DNA of 63,993 bases, the filler included, from Diploschistes diacapsis (lineage: Eukaryota): the NCBI GenBank assembly GCA_023645945.1. It is 6 parts of 6 records of this genome, joined end to end, with 100 filler letters (N's around TTAATTAATTAA, not from the genome) between each part and the next. Parts side by side here need not be neighbours in the genome. Positions count along the whole stretch, not along the records: positions 1 to 10,636 come from JALAIB010000906.1; positions 10,737 to 21,360 come from JALAIB010000907.1; 4 more parts are not named here. One strand, 5' to 3'. The position numbers and the translations under genes were made by a program. The notes below the pieces were generated by a model. The model worked only from the letters and a program-made list of their open reading frames with translations, ran no database searches and was not told the origin of the DNA. Shown here one piece after another: positions 1-13,108 of the stretch (within the stretch, counting starts at the first letter, position 1; each line of letters opens with the position of its first letter).

Positions 1-2477
1 GTGGTGGGGGGAAGAGGAGAAAGAAGGGGTGACGGTGTTGCTGTGGGTTCATTGGTGGCAAATGCTTTGCTCAAGGCATAGCACGTCGAAGGACGGACCT
101 TCGTCGTAAGCTATATGGCTATCATGTGAGAGAATACTAACAACTGCGACCTCTTGTGGCAGCCAATCTCAAAGCATGCTGCTTACAGCAATTTGTTCTG
201 TGGGTAACCCTACGACAACCACTGGGAGCAGCAAGCAGTGAGGTTAACTCAACTCAAATCCAAAGAAAGGCTTGGGTGTTACGGGATATAGAACGTCAGT
301 GAGAGCAGAAAATGAATTGGGGCTTCTATAGTGGCGATACAGGTGCCTCTATCTCTCGCTCATTCCTTCTGTCTTGACTGTTTCATGTGTTCCACTGGCG
401 TATATTCCCCTATTTTCTTCGTCACTCCCTTTGGGCTCTGCATTCGCCGTGGATTTTTGAGAACTTGATACTTCTCCTATCACGTTCCCTTCAGCAAGAG
501 TCACGAAATGCGTTTACGCATCCCATCCCTTTCATCCTCTTTTTCGTTGCTTCCTCCCTCTACCCACCTTTCTAGCTTCCCTCCCATCAATTGCTTAGCT
601 CCTAGGATCATTGTACACTATGCGCTAGGATGTTACTCAATAGTATGATCACATGTGGGTTCGTACTGGACAATGAGATGGATGGCGGGATGGGCAGCAT
701 AACTGGCATGTTGAGGTACAATCATGATGCTCTGGGCGGAGTCACAGGTTGCGAGATGGGAAACAAGGAGTGCCTTTTGAAGGTTCTCATGCAGCCATTG
801 AGGGCGAAGGCGAGAATAGTTGTCCTAGCCGTTGGGGTCTGGCTGTCTGAGAAAGACAGAGAGGGTACACCGACGGGGGTGGATTCGGTTAGGGTTATTC
901 GGGGTGTCGGACGCTCTGGAAAATTGACCGTTTGAGTCCTGGACATGAGGAATAAATATAGGGGTTGAGAGATTCTGAGCTTCTGGTGACTGGGGGTGCG
1001 TTGCACCTTGCATAGCATTCCTACTTGGTTTCTTCAGTTTTGTTTGAAGATAGAATCTTCTGTCATTCCTCGGAGACGTTGTGATTGAAGCTGCGGAAGT
1101 ATTGACATAGCTTCCATCTCTTACTTTGGTTCATACTGAAGTCCTCTATTCCGAGGTAGCATTCTAAATATATGTAAATAGCTGTCTCGGGAAGTATGCT
1201 GATTCGACTTATTTTGTGGTTAGACTCCAGGCGTACCGAGTATGGCACGATAGCGGCCTTTTAGCAGATTCAATTGGTCATAACAGGGTGGAGGGGACTG
1301 TCTCGGAGTGTCATTATGGCTGGCTGCTAAGAACATGATAAACAACATGCCATTTTTGTCGTTGGATGTCCACGCTGAGGCGGCGATTCCTAGCGGTCTT
1401 AACAAGGTGCAGTGGATTGTATCCAAAGCCTGTAGACTGCGTAATACTCTAATGAATTGTGCTTTTTCCAACCTGCTAGTGACATAATAGAACATCACAA
1501 ACTCCTCCACCTTGTAAGTGGATAAGTTGACCTTCTTTGTAGTATTGGCAAGTCAACAGAGAAGACCGGATTAGCTGCTTAGCTGCTGGGCCTGACATGA
1601 ACTAGACATATCGGTCGAAACCTTGAAATGCGAACGTTGCATAAGACAGCGGCAATCAAGCTCTAAAGTGTTGGTGACAGTTTCTAGTTTAACATTCGAT
1701 AAGACATACCTTTTTCTTTTCCACATATTGGTCTCAGAAAATGCCTACTGCGAACGGCGCCAGCTGTGGGCCACTCGGTGAGTCACTACCATGCAAGGAG
1801 GCTAGCAGCAGTTGCCATCATTGGCTTGGATGCATGCATTCACAGTGGGCAGTGACGTGCGAGGGATGTGTGGCAGGCAGCCCAGAGACGGGAAATAGAA
1901 TAGCTGATGGACGAGGAGCAGGAGCAGCAGGAGGAGGGGTGAAGTTCTCCAAGCCAACGAAACACGCAACTCGGCAAGTCAGCCTTGTGACGGCAACTTC
2001 TATTATTGAAAACCACTTCGCCCATCATTCTTCATACAGCATGCGTATCCATTCCCATATCTGTCAACTTCAAGTTAAGCCATACTTATTGTTAACGGCA
2101 ATCTTATGAGACACGTCTGCTCTAATACTCGCAGCTTACTTGGTTGTAAACGATCACATTCCACGCAGCCGTTACTACAATCCACAGCGTGCCTTTGTTG
2201 TTACTCTCGTTGAACTCAAGCTTGTCTTGTACCAAAGGACCTGCGTGTTCTCTTTCTTCTTTTACCCGAAGCGTTTTGTTTTTTATCAGACCTGTCTTTT
2301 CAACAAATCCGGCCGACGGTCAGTGCTTGCCCAGACAGCACTCCTGTGACTGAGAAAGGTTCTTAAATACCCAATCCCCACCATAACGATATCTTTTACT
2401 GGCTCAGTGGGCTATCTTTACGGGACTCTAGATCAACAACCCTTTCTCAATTGCCGTAAATCTAGCCCGACAAAATT

Positions 2478-5400
2478 ATGGCAGATAGAGGTGGTAGAGG
2501 CGGTCGAGGTGGTAGAGGCGGCGATCGTGGTGGCGGTGGTAGAGGCGGTGATCGTGGTGGCGGTGGTAGAGGCCGCGGAGGCTACGACGACGGTCGTGGC
2601 CGCGGCGGACGTGGCGGTGGTAGAGGCGGTGAAGACTACCAGAGCCGACAATCAACTTACGACAGCCAAGGTAGAGGACGTGGTGGTGGAGGCTATGGAG
2701 GAAGTCGTGGAGCAGGCCGTGGTGGACGCCCCCCCAGACGTGACCGCCCTGAGGTTTATTCGTAAGTGCATCGCCTTATCTAGGTCTGCTCCGGACATTC
2801 AAACTAAAGTCCGCTTCCAGACATGCAAACAACATGCTACCGGTGTACGACTCTAAGGCTGCCGCGGTCGAGAAAGCGTACATCGATAGCATTAAGTCCA
2901 CAATGCCTGATCTTAGTAAGCTCTCCATAGAAGACAGATTCCCTCTCAGGCCCGCCTATGGGTCGAAGGGACAGGCTATCACTGTGTGGGCAAACTATTT
3001 TGAACTCCACCCACCTGCGAAGCTCATCATTAGCCGTTACAGTATGGCAATTGACGACGGCGAGATTGCGCAGCAGAGACGCAAGAAACGTCAAGTGATC
3101 AACCTCGTTCTAAAAGAGATTCCTGGATTCCCTCAGCGACAGCACCAGATTGCAACAGATTTTGCAGATAATCTTATCACGGTTGGCGAAATTCCGGGCC
3201 TCAGCGGGACAACCATCAAGATTCGCTACCAGGAAGACGACGAGGATGAGCCAAAGCCAAGAGCCAAGGAGTACAATGTTACTTTTGAGAAGGTAGCATC
3301 CTATGACATTGACGATGTCATCGACTTCCTGAACTCGACTGATATCAGGGCCTTGGCTAGCAAGCAAGACATCATCGGCGCTCTGAATATCTGGCTCAGA
3401 TACTTCGCGAAGGCCTCTGACAATATCCATACTGTAGGAGCTAAAGCAATACCCACTAACACAGCTCCCACTCCACTTGGCAACGGCCTTTCTGCACTAA
3501 AGGGTTTCTTCTCTAGCGTACGCTTCGCGAGTTCGAGAATCCTAGTAAACGTCAATGTTTCCGGCATGGCATTCTACAACGCAGATCTTGTCCCATACGT
3601 CATGAATGAGTATGGCACGCACAGTCTCATAAGGCTAGAAAAATTTCTCAAAGGGCTTCGTGTCGAGCTCACGCATATTGCGCCGAAGAAGAAGGGCGGC
3701 AAGTTAATTCCGCGGATCAAAACCATCTGGGGTTTTGCGCGTAGGAACGACGGATCTGCAGACACTAAACCACCAAAAGTCAAAACAAATGGAGCGGGTG
3801 CTAAGGACGTAGAGTTCTTTCTCAACACTGGTGGTCCTCAGACCCAAGCTCAGTCAACTAGTGGGAAAGGTGGCAAAGGGAAGGGCAAGGGTGGAGGAGC
3901 AGGTAAAGGTCCAGCCGGAGACGATGATGGACATTATATTTCGGTCTATGACTACTTCAAGACTCGTAAGTTACTTGGTAGTGTTGTTTCCGCTCGACTC
4001 ATACCACTGCAGATAATAAGGTTGAGGTTGCCGATACGAGATTGCCCGTCCTCAATGTTGGCTCAGCTCAACGTCCAAGCTATCTCCCTGCGCAAGTCTG
4101 CAAAATCGTTGCCGGGCAGCCTGCTCGTTCCAAGCTAAGTCCTGACCAAACTACTCAAATGATCAACTTCGCTGTAAAGTATCCCGATGTCAACGCAACC
4201 TCGATTGTAAATGAGAGCCCTGCCACACTTGGGGTGGGAGCGGCATCAAACCCATGGATGAAGGGATTCGGTATTTCGGTGCCAGCCGCTTTGATCGCGG
4301 TTCCCGCAAGGGTCTTGCCAGCACCGGGAATCTTTTACGCTGGAAACAAGCCTGGCAATGTCAAGGAAGCTAGCTGGAATATGGCCAATATCAAAGTATG
4401 TCAAGGTGGTGTCCTCGACGCTTGGCTCCCCATATTCCTGCGAATTGGAAATGCTGGTCCCCCATTCGACAACACAGTCGGCCATGAGAAAATCCAGATC
4501 TTGGCTGCATCACTAGCCAAGGTAGGAATAGATGTTAGAAGACAAGGAGAAGTGGCACTCAAAAACCTCCCTCCCCTGGAGCACGAGCAGTTTGACCGTG
4601 CGCTGCGGGATATTTTCGAGGAATTCGTCAAACGGCAGTTCAAGTACGTCTTCTTCTTCCTTCCGTACAGATCTGATACGGCCTACAAACGCATCAAGTA
4701 CTTTGCGGATGTTGTGTACGGCGTCCAGTGTACTTGTATGCTCAGTGCCAACCTGGCCAACAAAACAGGTTTCCAGCTCGAACAATATTTCGCCAATGTT
4801 GGGCTCAAGGTCAATGTCAAACTTGGAGGTAGGAACCAGGGCATGAGTCCAGCGAATATGGGTATCATTGGCCAGGACAAAACCATGGCCGTTGGTATCG
4901 ATGTTACTCATCCATCTCCTGGAAGCGCCGACAAAGCCCCCTCGGTTGCTTCCATGGTTGCGAATATCGATCGCCATTGCAGCCAATATCTTGCTGCCTT
5001 GCGTGTGCAACCTAAGCGAAAGGATGAGATGGTCGCCGATCTTGATGAGATGCTTCAGTCTCGTTTGAAGCTTTGGCTATCGAAGGGAGGGCACAGAGAC
5101 TACCCAGAGAACATCCTTGTTTTCCGTGATGGCGTATCCGAAGGACAATACCATCTAGTCCTTCAACTGGAACTGCCTCTCCTCCGTGAAGCCTGCGAGA
5201 AGCTCTACAAACCACGAAAGCAAGCCATGCCAAGATTTTTTGTCGCTATCTGCGGCAAACGTCATCACACCAGGTTCTATCCTACCAAGATAGAGAATGC
5301 GGACTTGGGCTCGAACTGCAGGCCTGGGACTGTTGTTGACCGTGGTGTCACCGAAGCGGTGTCGTGGGAATTCTTCCTGCAGGCGCACAAGTGCTTACAA

Positions 5401-5754
5401 GGTACTGCCAGATCCGCACACTTCTTCATCATACTCGATGAAGTTTTCTCCAACAAGGGTGTTGTTGCCAGTCTGAAGAAGCCGAACTATTCGATAGCGG
5501 ATATTGTCGAGGAAATGTGCCACAACATGGCCTATCTCTATCCGCGTGCCACCAAAGCAGTGTCCCTGTGCCCTCCTGCGAAGCTCGCCGACATGGCCTG
5601 CGAGCGCGCTCGTCACTACCTCCAGGGCTACTACGATCCCGACCCTTCGCAAACTGCGTCTCAGGCAAGTGGTGCTACTCAGAACGCCCTGACTGATCAG
5701 ACCAACTTGATCAAAGTACATGACAACCTCAAGGACACCATGTTCTACGTCTAG
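2478..5754 (+). CDS. qde-2: Argonaute, QDE-2-like (RGG N-terminus, PAZ, MID, PIWI); 3 exons, ~1056 aa
   Basis: Exons 2478-2761, 2821-3965 and 4013-5754 join in frame across GTAAGT...CAG introns (2762-2820, 3966-4012). Motifs: RPAYG...VWANYF, LKGFFSSVR...LVNVNVS, YISVYDYF, LPVLNVG...YLP, GIDVTHP, FRDGVSEGQ, KRHHTRF, ATKAVSLCPPA..AD..CERAR. Confidence 0.95.
2508..2573 (+). repeat. 27-bp coding tandem repeat (GGRGGDRGG) in the Argonaute RGG box
   Basis: ggtggtagaggcggYgatcgtggtggc at 2508 and 2535, with a partial third copy at 2562. Confidence 0.8.
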
Positions 5755-7121
5755 GTGGGGTCTCACAAACCAACAGGATAGGCTTTGAGGGGGATGTTGC
5801 TCAAATCATGCTTGAACGGAATTATGTGATGAATTTCCAGCGATCGACTTATGACCACAGGTGGTTGGATGGCCTTATGCACATGAAAGAACTGGTTGGC
5901 AAAACCATAATTCTCTCTGTCTCTCTTCTAACAAGACTTCCAGCACGCTAGTGATGGACCTTCCCCAGGTTTACCCCAATTTCCCGAAAAACTATCTTTT
6001 TGTAGGTTTGCAGCAGGTTCGGTCAAGATTCACTTCCTCTGCACCAGCTCTCAGGTTTGGTGGACACTTTACTAAAACTTCCTCTACTCCCCTTACGGCC
6101 GCTCGGTCAGGTTAGATAGTTGAATACGATAATGAGACAAACTTTGCGGTCGGCAACACCGCGACCATGCTGTGGATATACTTTTATGAAGTAGCGGTAG
6201 CAGTGATAGCATCTCTGTTACATTAGGTAGCATGGATAGACAAGCTACTGTCCATTGTAGCAAGCTTGAAAGGACCTAACTCGTCAACGCCTCTCTTCCA
6301 CCCAACCTCTCCTCTTCCTCCATTCTACCATTGCTGTTCGGTATCCTAGGATTCCCGCTCCCCGTTTCACGCTTCCCGTCCCTCCTCCTTATCTTTTCTG
6401 TCTCTTATCTCTGTGTCCCATCTCTCTCCCCTTGGCAGATTCATCTCGTTCGTACGCCGAAGGCTATAACCTCTAAAAGTCAGGTGTTTGGGCGTACTGT
6501 CGCAACGCCGTGTTTCGTGATGTCAATCAGCCCAGAAGACTTTTCCAGGAGGGTGATCACGTGGCCAGACACAAGCTCGGAGTGGTTTCTTGGCTGAAAG
6601 TTCGAGGGGGTACCCCTGCGTGTCCCGAAGCGTTGTCCTGTCCCCTTGCTGAAGCAAGCGCGAACCAACATCAAAGATCGAGCTGGCCACAGCTACTGCG
6701 CAGTGCTGAGCAGCTCGGCTGCTGCAAACTTCCCACTTCTGGGTCCTGCCTCTGCGTGTCCGACAGGATACAGTGTTGGGGTCCTCCAAAAGCCAATCAC
6801 GTTCGGAAAAATTACGTCGTCGATCGTGGCTACTACTGAGAGAGTTGTCTGTTCGAACTTGGTAAGACTTACCTTCCTATGAGTTCTTTATTGGTCTTGC
6901 TTAAACCGACCTGTCAAGAAAAGGCACAACACTCGATGACTTGGGCTCCTAACTGCCGGATCACAGTCCGGCGGCACCAACAGGATAACATGACAACAAA
7001 GAGGCACGAGCTCCCATGTAGGACGTTGCGCGATCATTCAGTATAAGCTTCTGGGAATACTTCATATGAGGGAGCTATACCCCACAAGTAACGCACCCAG
7101 TTCTATGCAGCCTATCCAAAC

Positions 7122-7760
7122 CTAGAATTCACCCCCGTAAAATTCATCCAAAAAATCTCTCGAGTACAGAAGCTCGTCGTCGAAGTCAAACTCAGCGTCG
7201 GCCTCGGGATCAGCGTCGGCATCGGGATCAGCATCCCGAGCTGCTAGATCAAACTCATCCTCGGACCAGCCCAAGGAACGCTTGTTCAATTGTTTGCACT
7301 TGCAGTCGTTGAGATCCTGCTCCATGCCCTTGGGGCAGGTTTTCTTGTTACGACAGCTCTTACGACACTTTCCATCATGTGGGTTCTGCTCCATGCCCTT
7401 AGGACAATTTTTCTGCCTGGAACCTCCTGCGCCACCCTGCTTAACGTCCTGGCCACCGGGCTCATTGCCCCCGGCCTGACCACAGCTCTGGTCACCCTTA
7501 TTCGGACAACTACTCTGAGTAGCCGGGTTGCGGTGAAACCGTTCTCCGTTTGGCTTTAAGCATTTGCCATAACAAGGTCCTTTGCTTGGATCATTTGCGG
7601 AACGGAATTCCGTGCCATCCGGGCAACCACAGTCTCCGCGGGCAAAGAGGGCGGAATGGTCAAGGCTCCTGGCGTACAGGCCATCGAAGTAGGCGTTTCG
7701 AGCGGCGGCAGAAACGGATACAGCGAACAAGGCGATAAGTCCGGCTTTCACAAAAAGCAT
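7122..7760 (-). CDS. Secreted Cys-rich precursor, 212 aa, 12 Cys, with Kex2-type sites and an acidic C-terminal piece
   Basis: Single ORF with signal peptide MLFVKAGLIALFAVSVSA; LYAR, LFAR, LNKR, LAAR and LYSR sites; 23-aa internal duplication CPKGMEQ...KC (69-bp period, 7318/7387); DADPDADADPEADAE dipeptide run. Confidence 0.85.
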   Translation of the reverse strand: MLFVKAGLIALFAVSVSAAARNAYFDGLYARSLDHSALFARGDCGCPDGTEFRSANDPSKGPCYGKCLKPNGERFHRNPATQSSCPNKGDQSCGQAGGNEPGGQDVKQGGAGGSRQKNCPKGMEQNPHDGKCRKSCRNKKTCPKGMEQDLNDCKCKQLNKRSLGWSEDEFDLAARDADPDADADPEADAEFDFDDELLYSRDFLDEFYGGEF

Positions 7761-9253
7761 GGTGAATATAATCGCAGAATAAGGTTGAATTCTGGGTGGT
7801 AGAGGAGTAACTCAGGTAAGGATCGTCTTCGTGAGTGATTGAGAGAAGTACTACAAGGATAGTTAAAATCAAAAAGGAGCATTAAGAAAACCATTCAATG
7901 CATAGAAAAGAGCTGGAGTAATTGAACCCTACTTGGGGCCGGACTTTTGCAAGTCCTTATACCTGGACCTGCGGGCCTTCACGGTGGTAAACGAATTGGG
8001 ACCGAATGTGGGGAGCAAAGCAAATACATGGTGATATGCTTCCTAATAGTCATTAGGGCTTACTCTATCTTTCGGAGGTAGGACAAGTATCCAGAACTCG
8101 CGTGTGTACGCGGCGAAGTATTAACGTCTATTTTGGGGCCTTTGTATTAAGAGATTCAAGCCATGATTGTAGCTATTATTGGTAACTGTAAAGAGTGTAG
8201 ATTCCTAGTAGTACCAGCGGTAGGTAATCAAGCCAAATACCATTCCATAGCAGTTCATAGATGAAGTATAAAAGTTGAGTTATAACTTATTATAACTTAT
8301 ACGGAGGCCTCCTGCCAGGCCAAGATCTCTCACGTGACATCCAAGGCGACCTTGTTCCTGGCCCCAAAATCTTTACCTGTCAGCCCATGGCCTGGAGCTT
8401 TAGATGTTGGAGGCTGTGTTTCAACTGGAAGTAATATAATATTAACACCAACATCACGTAAGGGTGCTTTGCAATAGAGATTATTATTGCAGCTACAAAG
8501 TATCTACCCTAGATAGGTACTTTTGATGGAGTATTGAATTAAAGATTATGAATTATGCTAAATTTTGTGCTGGTCGCATAATATTTTATGCTATAATGAC
8601 TCCTCTTATATTTACATGTACTACGTTTGTAGTGCCTAACGGCCAGCAACCTTGGACCTTTAACCAGCTTAGACGCTGCTCACAGTTCTTGAAGGTTTGT
8701 TGTTCACTGTAGCTAGCTTAAACTGCAGCCACTGCAGTCGATTATTCGAACAGAAAGACTTCTGACAGGGCATGCACCAGCTCTATCTCGTGATAGGCAT
8801 ACGGATGGTCGGTAGTCATCAGCTCTACCGCTGGCATTTACTTTTGCACATGCTATGAGGGTTCCAAAAGTTTCGAGATATAACTTCGTGGTGTGCTTTC
8901 GGAAAGCCTTCATTATTCCTGCCCGGCTCTGTTAAGTTGAACATATTGTTGACCACCTTGTATGTCATTGATAGGAGTCATTTTGAAGAGGCCCATCCGT
9001 TTTTGTGCAGTCTGAATTACTGTATGTGGATGTTGTTGTGCACTTTTTGATTCACTACAGAAAAATTCAATTCGGACGGGCGGTTCCCTCACATTTGTAC
9101 CTCGTAAATCATTCGAACTTTTTTCTTTTCTTGTCCATCAGTCCTTACAACTCGTCAGAAGTTCAACGCTCTTTTAGACCAGTTGGGTCTTTCCTCTAGC
9201 CTTCCTGTCTTGATCATTCCCCCGCATTTCTCCCTCTCGCCATATCAGACAGG

Positions 9254-10136
9254 ATGAACCCACAAGTGCCCACCCCTCCTTCTACAGCAAGCCAGGAGCA
9301 TGAGCAGAGTCTCTTGAAATCGGGTGATAGGTCCTCCCTAGAGTCCATCATAGCTAGTGGCTGGACCAACGAGAAAGGACGGATTGGCGCCCCTCGCTGC
9401 GAGAGCTCCCACTCAAGAGTGTACCCTGCCATCCTCAGCTACCAGCAGTCCAGCTTTACGCAGCAATTCAGCCTCGCGTTGAGCAGCTGCTCCAACAGCG
9501 AAGTATCACCTTTTCAGAGGTGTCAATGGTTATGCGATGCGAAGACAGTCAAAACTTCGGGCCTCTCACAGTCCTAGTTTGGCAGAAACGTTGGGTAACT
9601 ATGCCACCAACTGGGCTTCTGCTGTTGATAGCATACGGCTACTTTTCAGAGAATTCGGCCTGACGAAGGAGAGGCTGGGACAACCAATTTTGTTTGAAAT
9701 AATGAACCCGGCTCTTGAAGCGAGCCCTGGTGGCCGAGCCCAGTAGAAGAGACGCATCTCCTGGTGGGGAATTGGATGAACATCCGGAGAGAAGCTGTGT
9801 ACGGCGTTCTGAAGGAGCTCACCGACTCCTCGCTCAGGTCTGCTATCAAAGCGATCAACGTCTTTCGCTATGGCCCATTCGACCCGAATGACCTGCGCAA
9901 CAAGCCAACCATCATCATCACCATCGAGCCAGGGCACCCATGCTCTCAATGGCACAGCACTTCGTTCGGCACTTGACGTGGATATCCACTTCGGCGAGCA
10001 AGCGGCACTAAAAATGGGCGATTTCCTTGGGAGGCCAGAATTTGGAAAACTTCGGTGGAGGGCACAGAGAATCATCGCCGACGTTGAGCTGTTCTTTAGG
10101 GAAGACGGCTATGATGTTGCCGCTGAGCTGCCGTGA
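9254..10136 (+). pseudogene. Fragmented hypothetical fungal gene
   Basis: Protein-like segments (GRIGAP..., WMNIRREAVYGVL...AINVFRYG...NKPTIIITIE, KLRWRAQRIIADVELFF) are spread over several frames with internal stops and no clear introns to join them. Confidence 0.35.
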
Positions 10137-10636
10137 ACGATGATGGGGATGGCTAGCTTTATTTCTGTTCTTCACTCTTGCCCTCGAATGGGCCCACATC
10201 ACACGGTGGCTGTGGCAGTCCGGGACAACGATACGAAGAGCGGTGAGGGCAGGTGGCATGCGGTCGTTTGCAAAAAGAACGCTCGGACTGGGACGGACAA
10301 GCTGATTCGATTTGGAAGAACCTACACACCAAGTCCCTCTTCCACCCACCAACCATACACGCATCCAAGAGCTCCTGGAAGGTTTCGCGTCAACTATAAC
10401 ATAAAAACCGAGAGGTTCACGGAGAGCTTCGGGGGATCTCGGGTTTGTTATCATATAACTAATATGAAGCATTCTTTGAGCTCTTGCGTGTGAGCATACA
10501 GTGACATCTGGTGTGCAAAAGCTTGTTATGAACATCGCCCTGCATGGGAACGGCTTGGCAGACTTGTGCTACGCTTCGTCGATGATTCTTAGGAGCAACA
10601 TTTATGAGGGCTTGCTCGATCCAGCGAGAAAAGAAG

Positions 10637-10736
10637 NNNNNNNNNNNNNNNNNNNNNNNNNNNNNNNNNNNNNNNNNNNNTTAATTAATTAANNNNNNNN
10701 NNNNNNNNNNNNNNNNNNNNNNNNNNNNNNNNNNNN
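10637..10736. other. Artificial contig spacer
   Basis: N44-TTAATTAATTAA-N44; the central 12-mer has stops in all six frames. Confidence 0.99.
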
Positions 10737-12889
10737 GCGCTGGAGTATCGGAATTATATGAGCTTGCTTGGCGGAAAGGCTGAGGCCCATCCATCGGATC
10801 ATATATGAGCTTACTTCGCGAAAGCAGGCGACAACCCCAGACCAAGGCAGGATCGAGAAGTTCTTTTCGGCCAGGTCTGTCGTGGCGAGAAAGTGGGCCG
10901 GATTTAGCTACAAGGCATTGGACAGCCGAGAGCTAGACGAACAAGGACAGGTAGGCTCTGATAGCAAGGCGTGCCGAGAGGTGCTTGAAGCCGATTATAG
11001 ATGGCAGCTGGTTCCTTGATGTAGACATGCTGCCAAGAGGACCTGGGGGGCAGCTCGGCTCCGTGCTTCTCGGCTGAGAAAAAACATTGGCACCAGAGCA
11101 TGGCGCGCTGCGCTTGTTGCAGGATCTGGGCTACCCGACTCTGTTGTTTAGGTTGGTGAACCGTGGCGGAGGGAACGGGGGTTTTGTTCGAAGCATATAC
11201 GACCGGAAAGAAACGCACGCAGCAGCTCCGGCTGCTCCCCAGCCAGCATCGACCGCGAGCGCAGGTCCCCAAGAGGACCGGAATACCCAGGCCCAAAGCA
11301 TCTTCTTCGAAGGGCACCGTCGCTGCTGCACACACACAGCCCCGTCCACGGCTTCCGTGTCAAAAGCCCCGTCGACATCGTCACTCAGCCGCCAAATTAA
11401 GAAAACTGACGGCTGCGACGACGAGCAAGACGCCGAGGCCGAGGGCGGGGTGGACGAGCTACATACGGTGGCGTGGGCAACAGAAAGCGACCGCGACCGC
11501 AATCCCGCAGTGCAGGCTCAGGCGGTTGCGCGCCACACGCCACAAGCTCAGGCTCCAAGCCTTCTTTATGCCAAAAATGGCTGGTCGAAGCGCTGCGGCG
11601 GCGCGGCAGCGCCAGGTCACCTGACGTCAGCATGTGCAGCAGGACAGCTAGCGATGAGCCTATCCAGGGCGTCGGTAGCGCCGTATGAGCGAGGCAATGC
11701 AACCCCGAGGGGGCTCTCTCTCTCTCTCTCTGTGTGTGCGCCGACGCGATCGACGAAAGGCTTCAAGGCTTTCGATTCCGATAGGCGCCGATTCTTCCGG
11801 CCCAGCGAACAGGGAAAAAAAAAAAGAAAAAAAAAACTCGCACTCTCAGAAGCATCAAGCCCGACCGGCTCCGCCGGGCCCGCTTGCTTTGGACAGCCCT
11901 CTTTATTCGGGCTGCGGGACTCGAGGAGACGGTAGTATGTTCGGCGATGGATGCGCGGACAGGCGCGTGGTAGCTAGTTTGCCGTGGGCAGGGTGCAACC
12001 TTCCCCCCCTGTGTTGGACGGAGCATGGTTTGAGTGGGGAATGTGCTTGAGAAGGCACGAGGCGCCGCTGGGGTGGGTCCCCCCCTGTTGGCTACATGGT
12101 TGGGGCGACTTCGGTTGCCAGTTAGGTGGAAAGGCGGGGGGCTGGTTGGAGTATATGCGACTGGAACGAGCGGAGCCGAGAGCCTCGACAGGGCGACTTT
12201 GCGAATCCTCCAGTCTTTCGGACTAGAGGAATGGGGGGGGTTGGGAGATGGGGCCGCGAAGTCGGTACTGCAACGGTTGCGAGCAACGAGTTTGACTACG
12301 GGGGTTGGGCGTTCCCGTTCAGCAAGCTGGTAGGGGTGTTACGGAGTGATCGGAGCAGGAGGGGCCGGATGAGATTAACGAATGGGGCGGAAGAAGATGG
12401 ACGCCAGCCGCAGCCAACATGACTTGACATGACGATATCAAGTTTTTTGTCGCGTGTGCGTGGTGGGGAAGCAACCTTCAGAACGAAGGACGTCCGAATG
12501 GAGAAGCAGCAAGGAAAAGGCACTTGTATGGCACACAAACACACATACATACACATGTACATAATGCTCAGCGAGGCTATCTATCCTCCTGCACGGTTTC
12601 TGGCTTCATGCGGACAACTTCAAAGTCGAGCCAGACGGGGAGAACAGCGAACCAAGCGAGGCGACCATTACTGACCATGAAGGTTTGGAACAGTAGGTCT
12701 CAAAAAGATAAACGGGATCCGAAGCCAGCGAGCCCCAAGGACCCGGCACCCCACGACCAGCTCGGCGGAAGCGGCGCTTGCTTCGGGATAGAAAAAAAAT
12801 TAGAGGTCCATTCCGTACCGCTATGCAGGCTCTCCCACAAGTCGACGACTGGCCAGTACGCCTGGGCTGGATGCTGGGGCAGAAGGAAG

Positions 12890-12890
<1 letters not shown>

Positions 12891-12924
<34 letters not shown>
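12891..12924 (+). repeat. (TGCCTG)n microsatellite
   Basis: About 5.7 perfect copies. Confidence 0.9.
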
Positions 12925-13108
12925 AGCCGAACTGGCGCCGCACAGCCGCCGCCCTCGCCCATCCTCGTCGGAAGAAAAGGGAAATCGGAAATTCCTTCGC
13001 CCTCTTGGAGACGACGCTTGTATGCAAGGAACTACTAACGGAACGGCGGCCGGCAGCAAAGAAGGAGCGCCGTGGCTGATTTCGGCTTGTGGGTATGAGC
13101 TGGGTATG

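Noticed and set aside
330..1560. Short ORFs upstream of Argonaute
   Set aside because: No domain similarity or coherent splice model.
2407..2856. 149-aa Val/Ala/Glu-rich ORF overlapping Argonaute exon 1
   Set aside because: Alternative-frame shadow of the RGG repeat codons.
6331..6900. Overlapping short ORFs between Argonaute and the secreted precursor
   Set aside because: Non-ATG starts and no recognisable motifs.
10737..13100. ORFs of 150-280 aa in the GC-rich region (e.g. 11087-11935, 12524-13177)
   Set aside because: Non-ATG starts, frames running through microsatellites and poly-A, and no recognisable domain.
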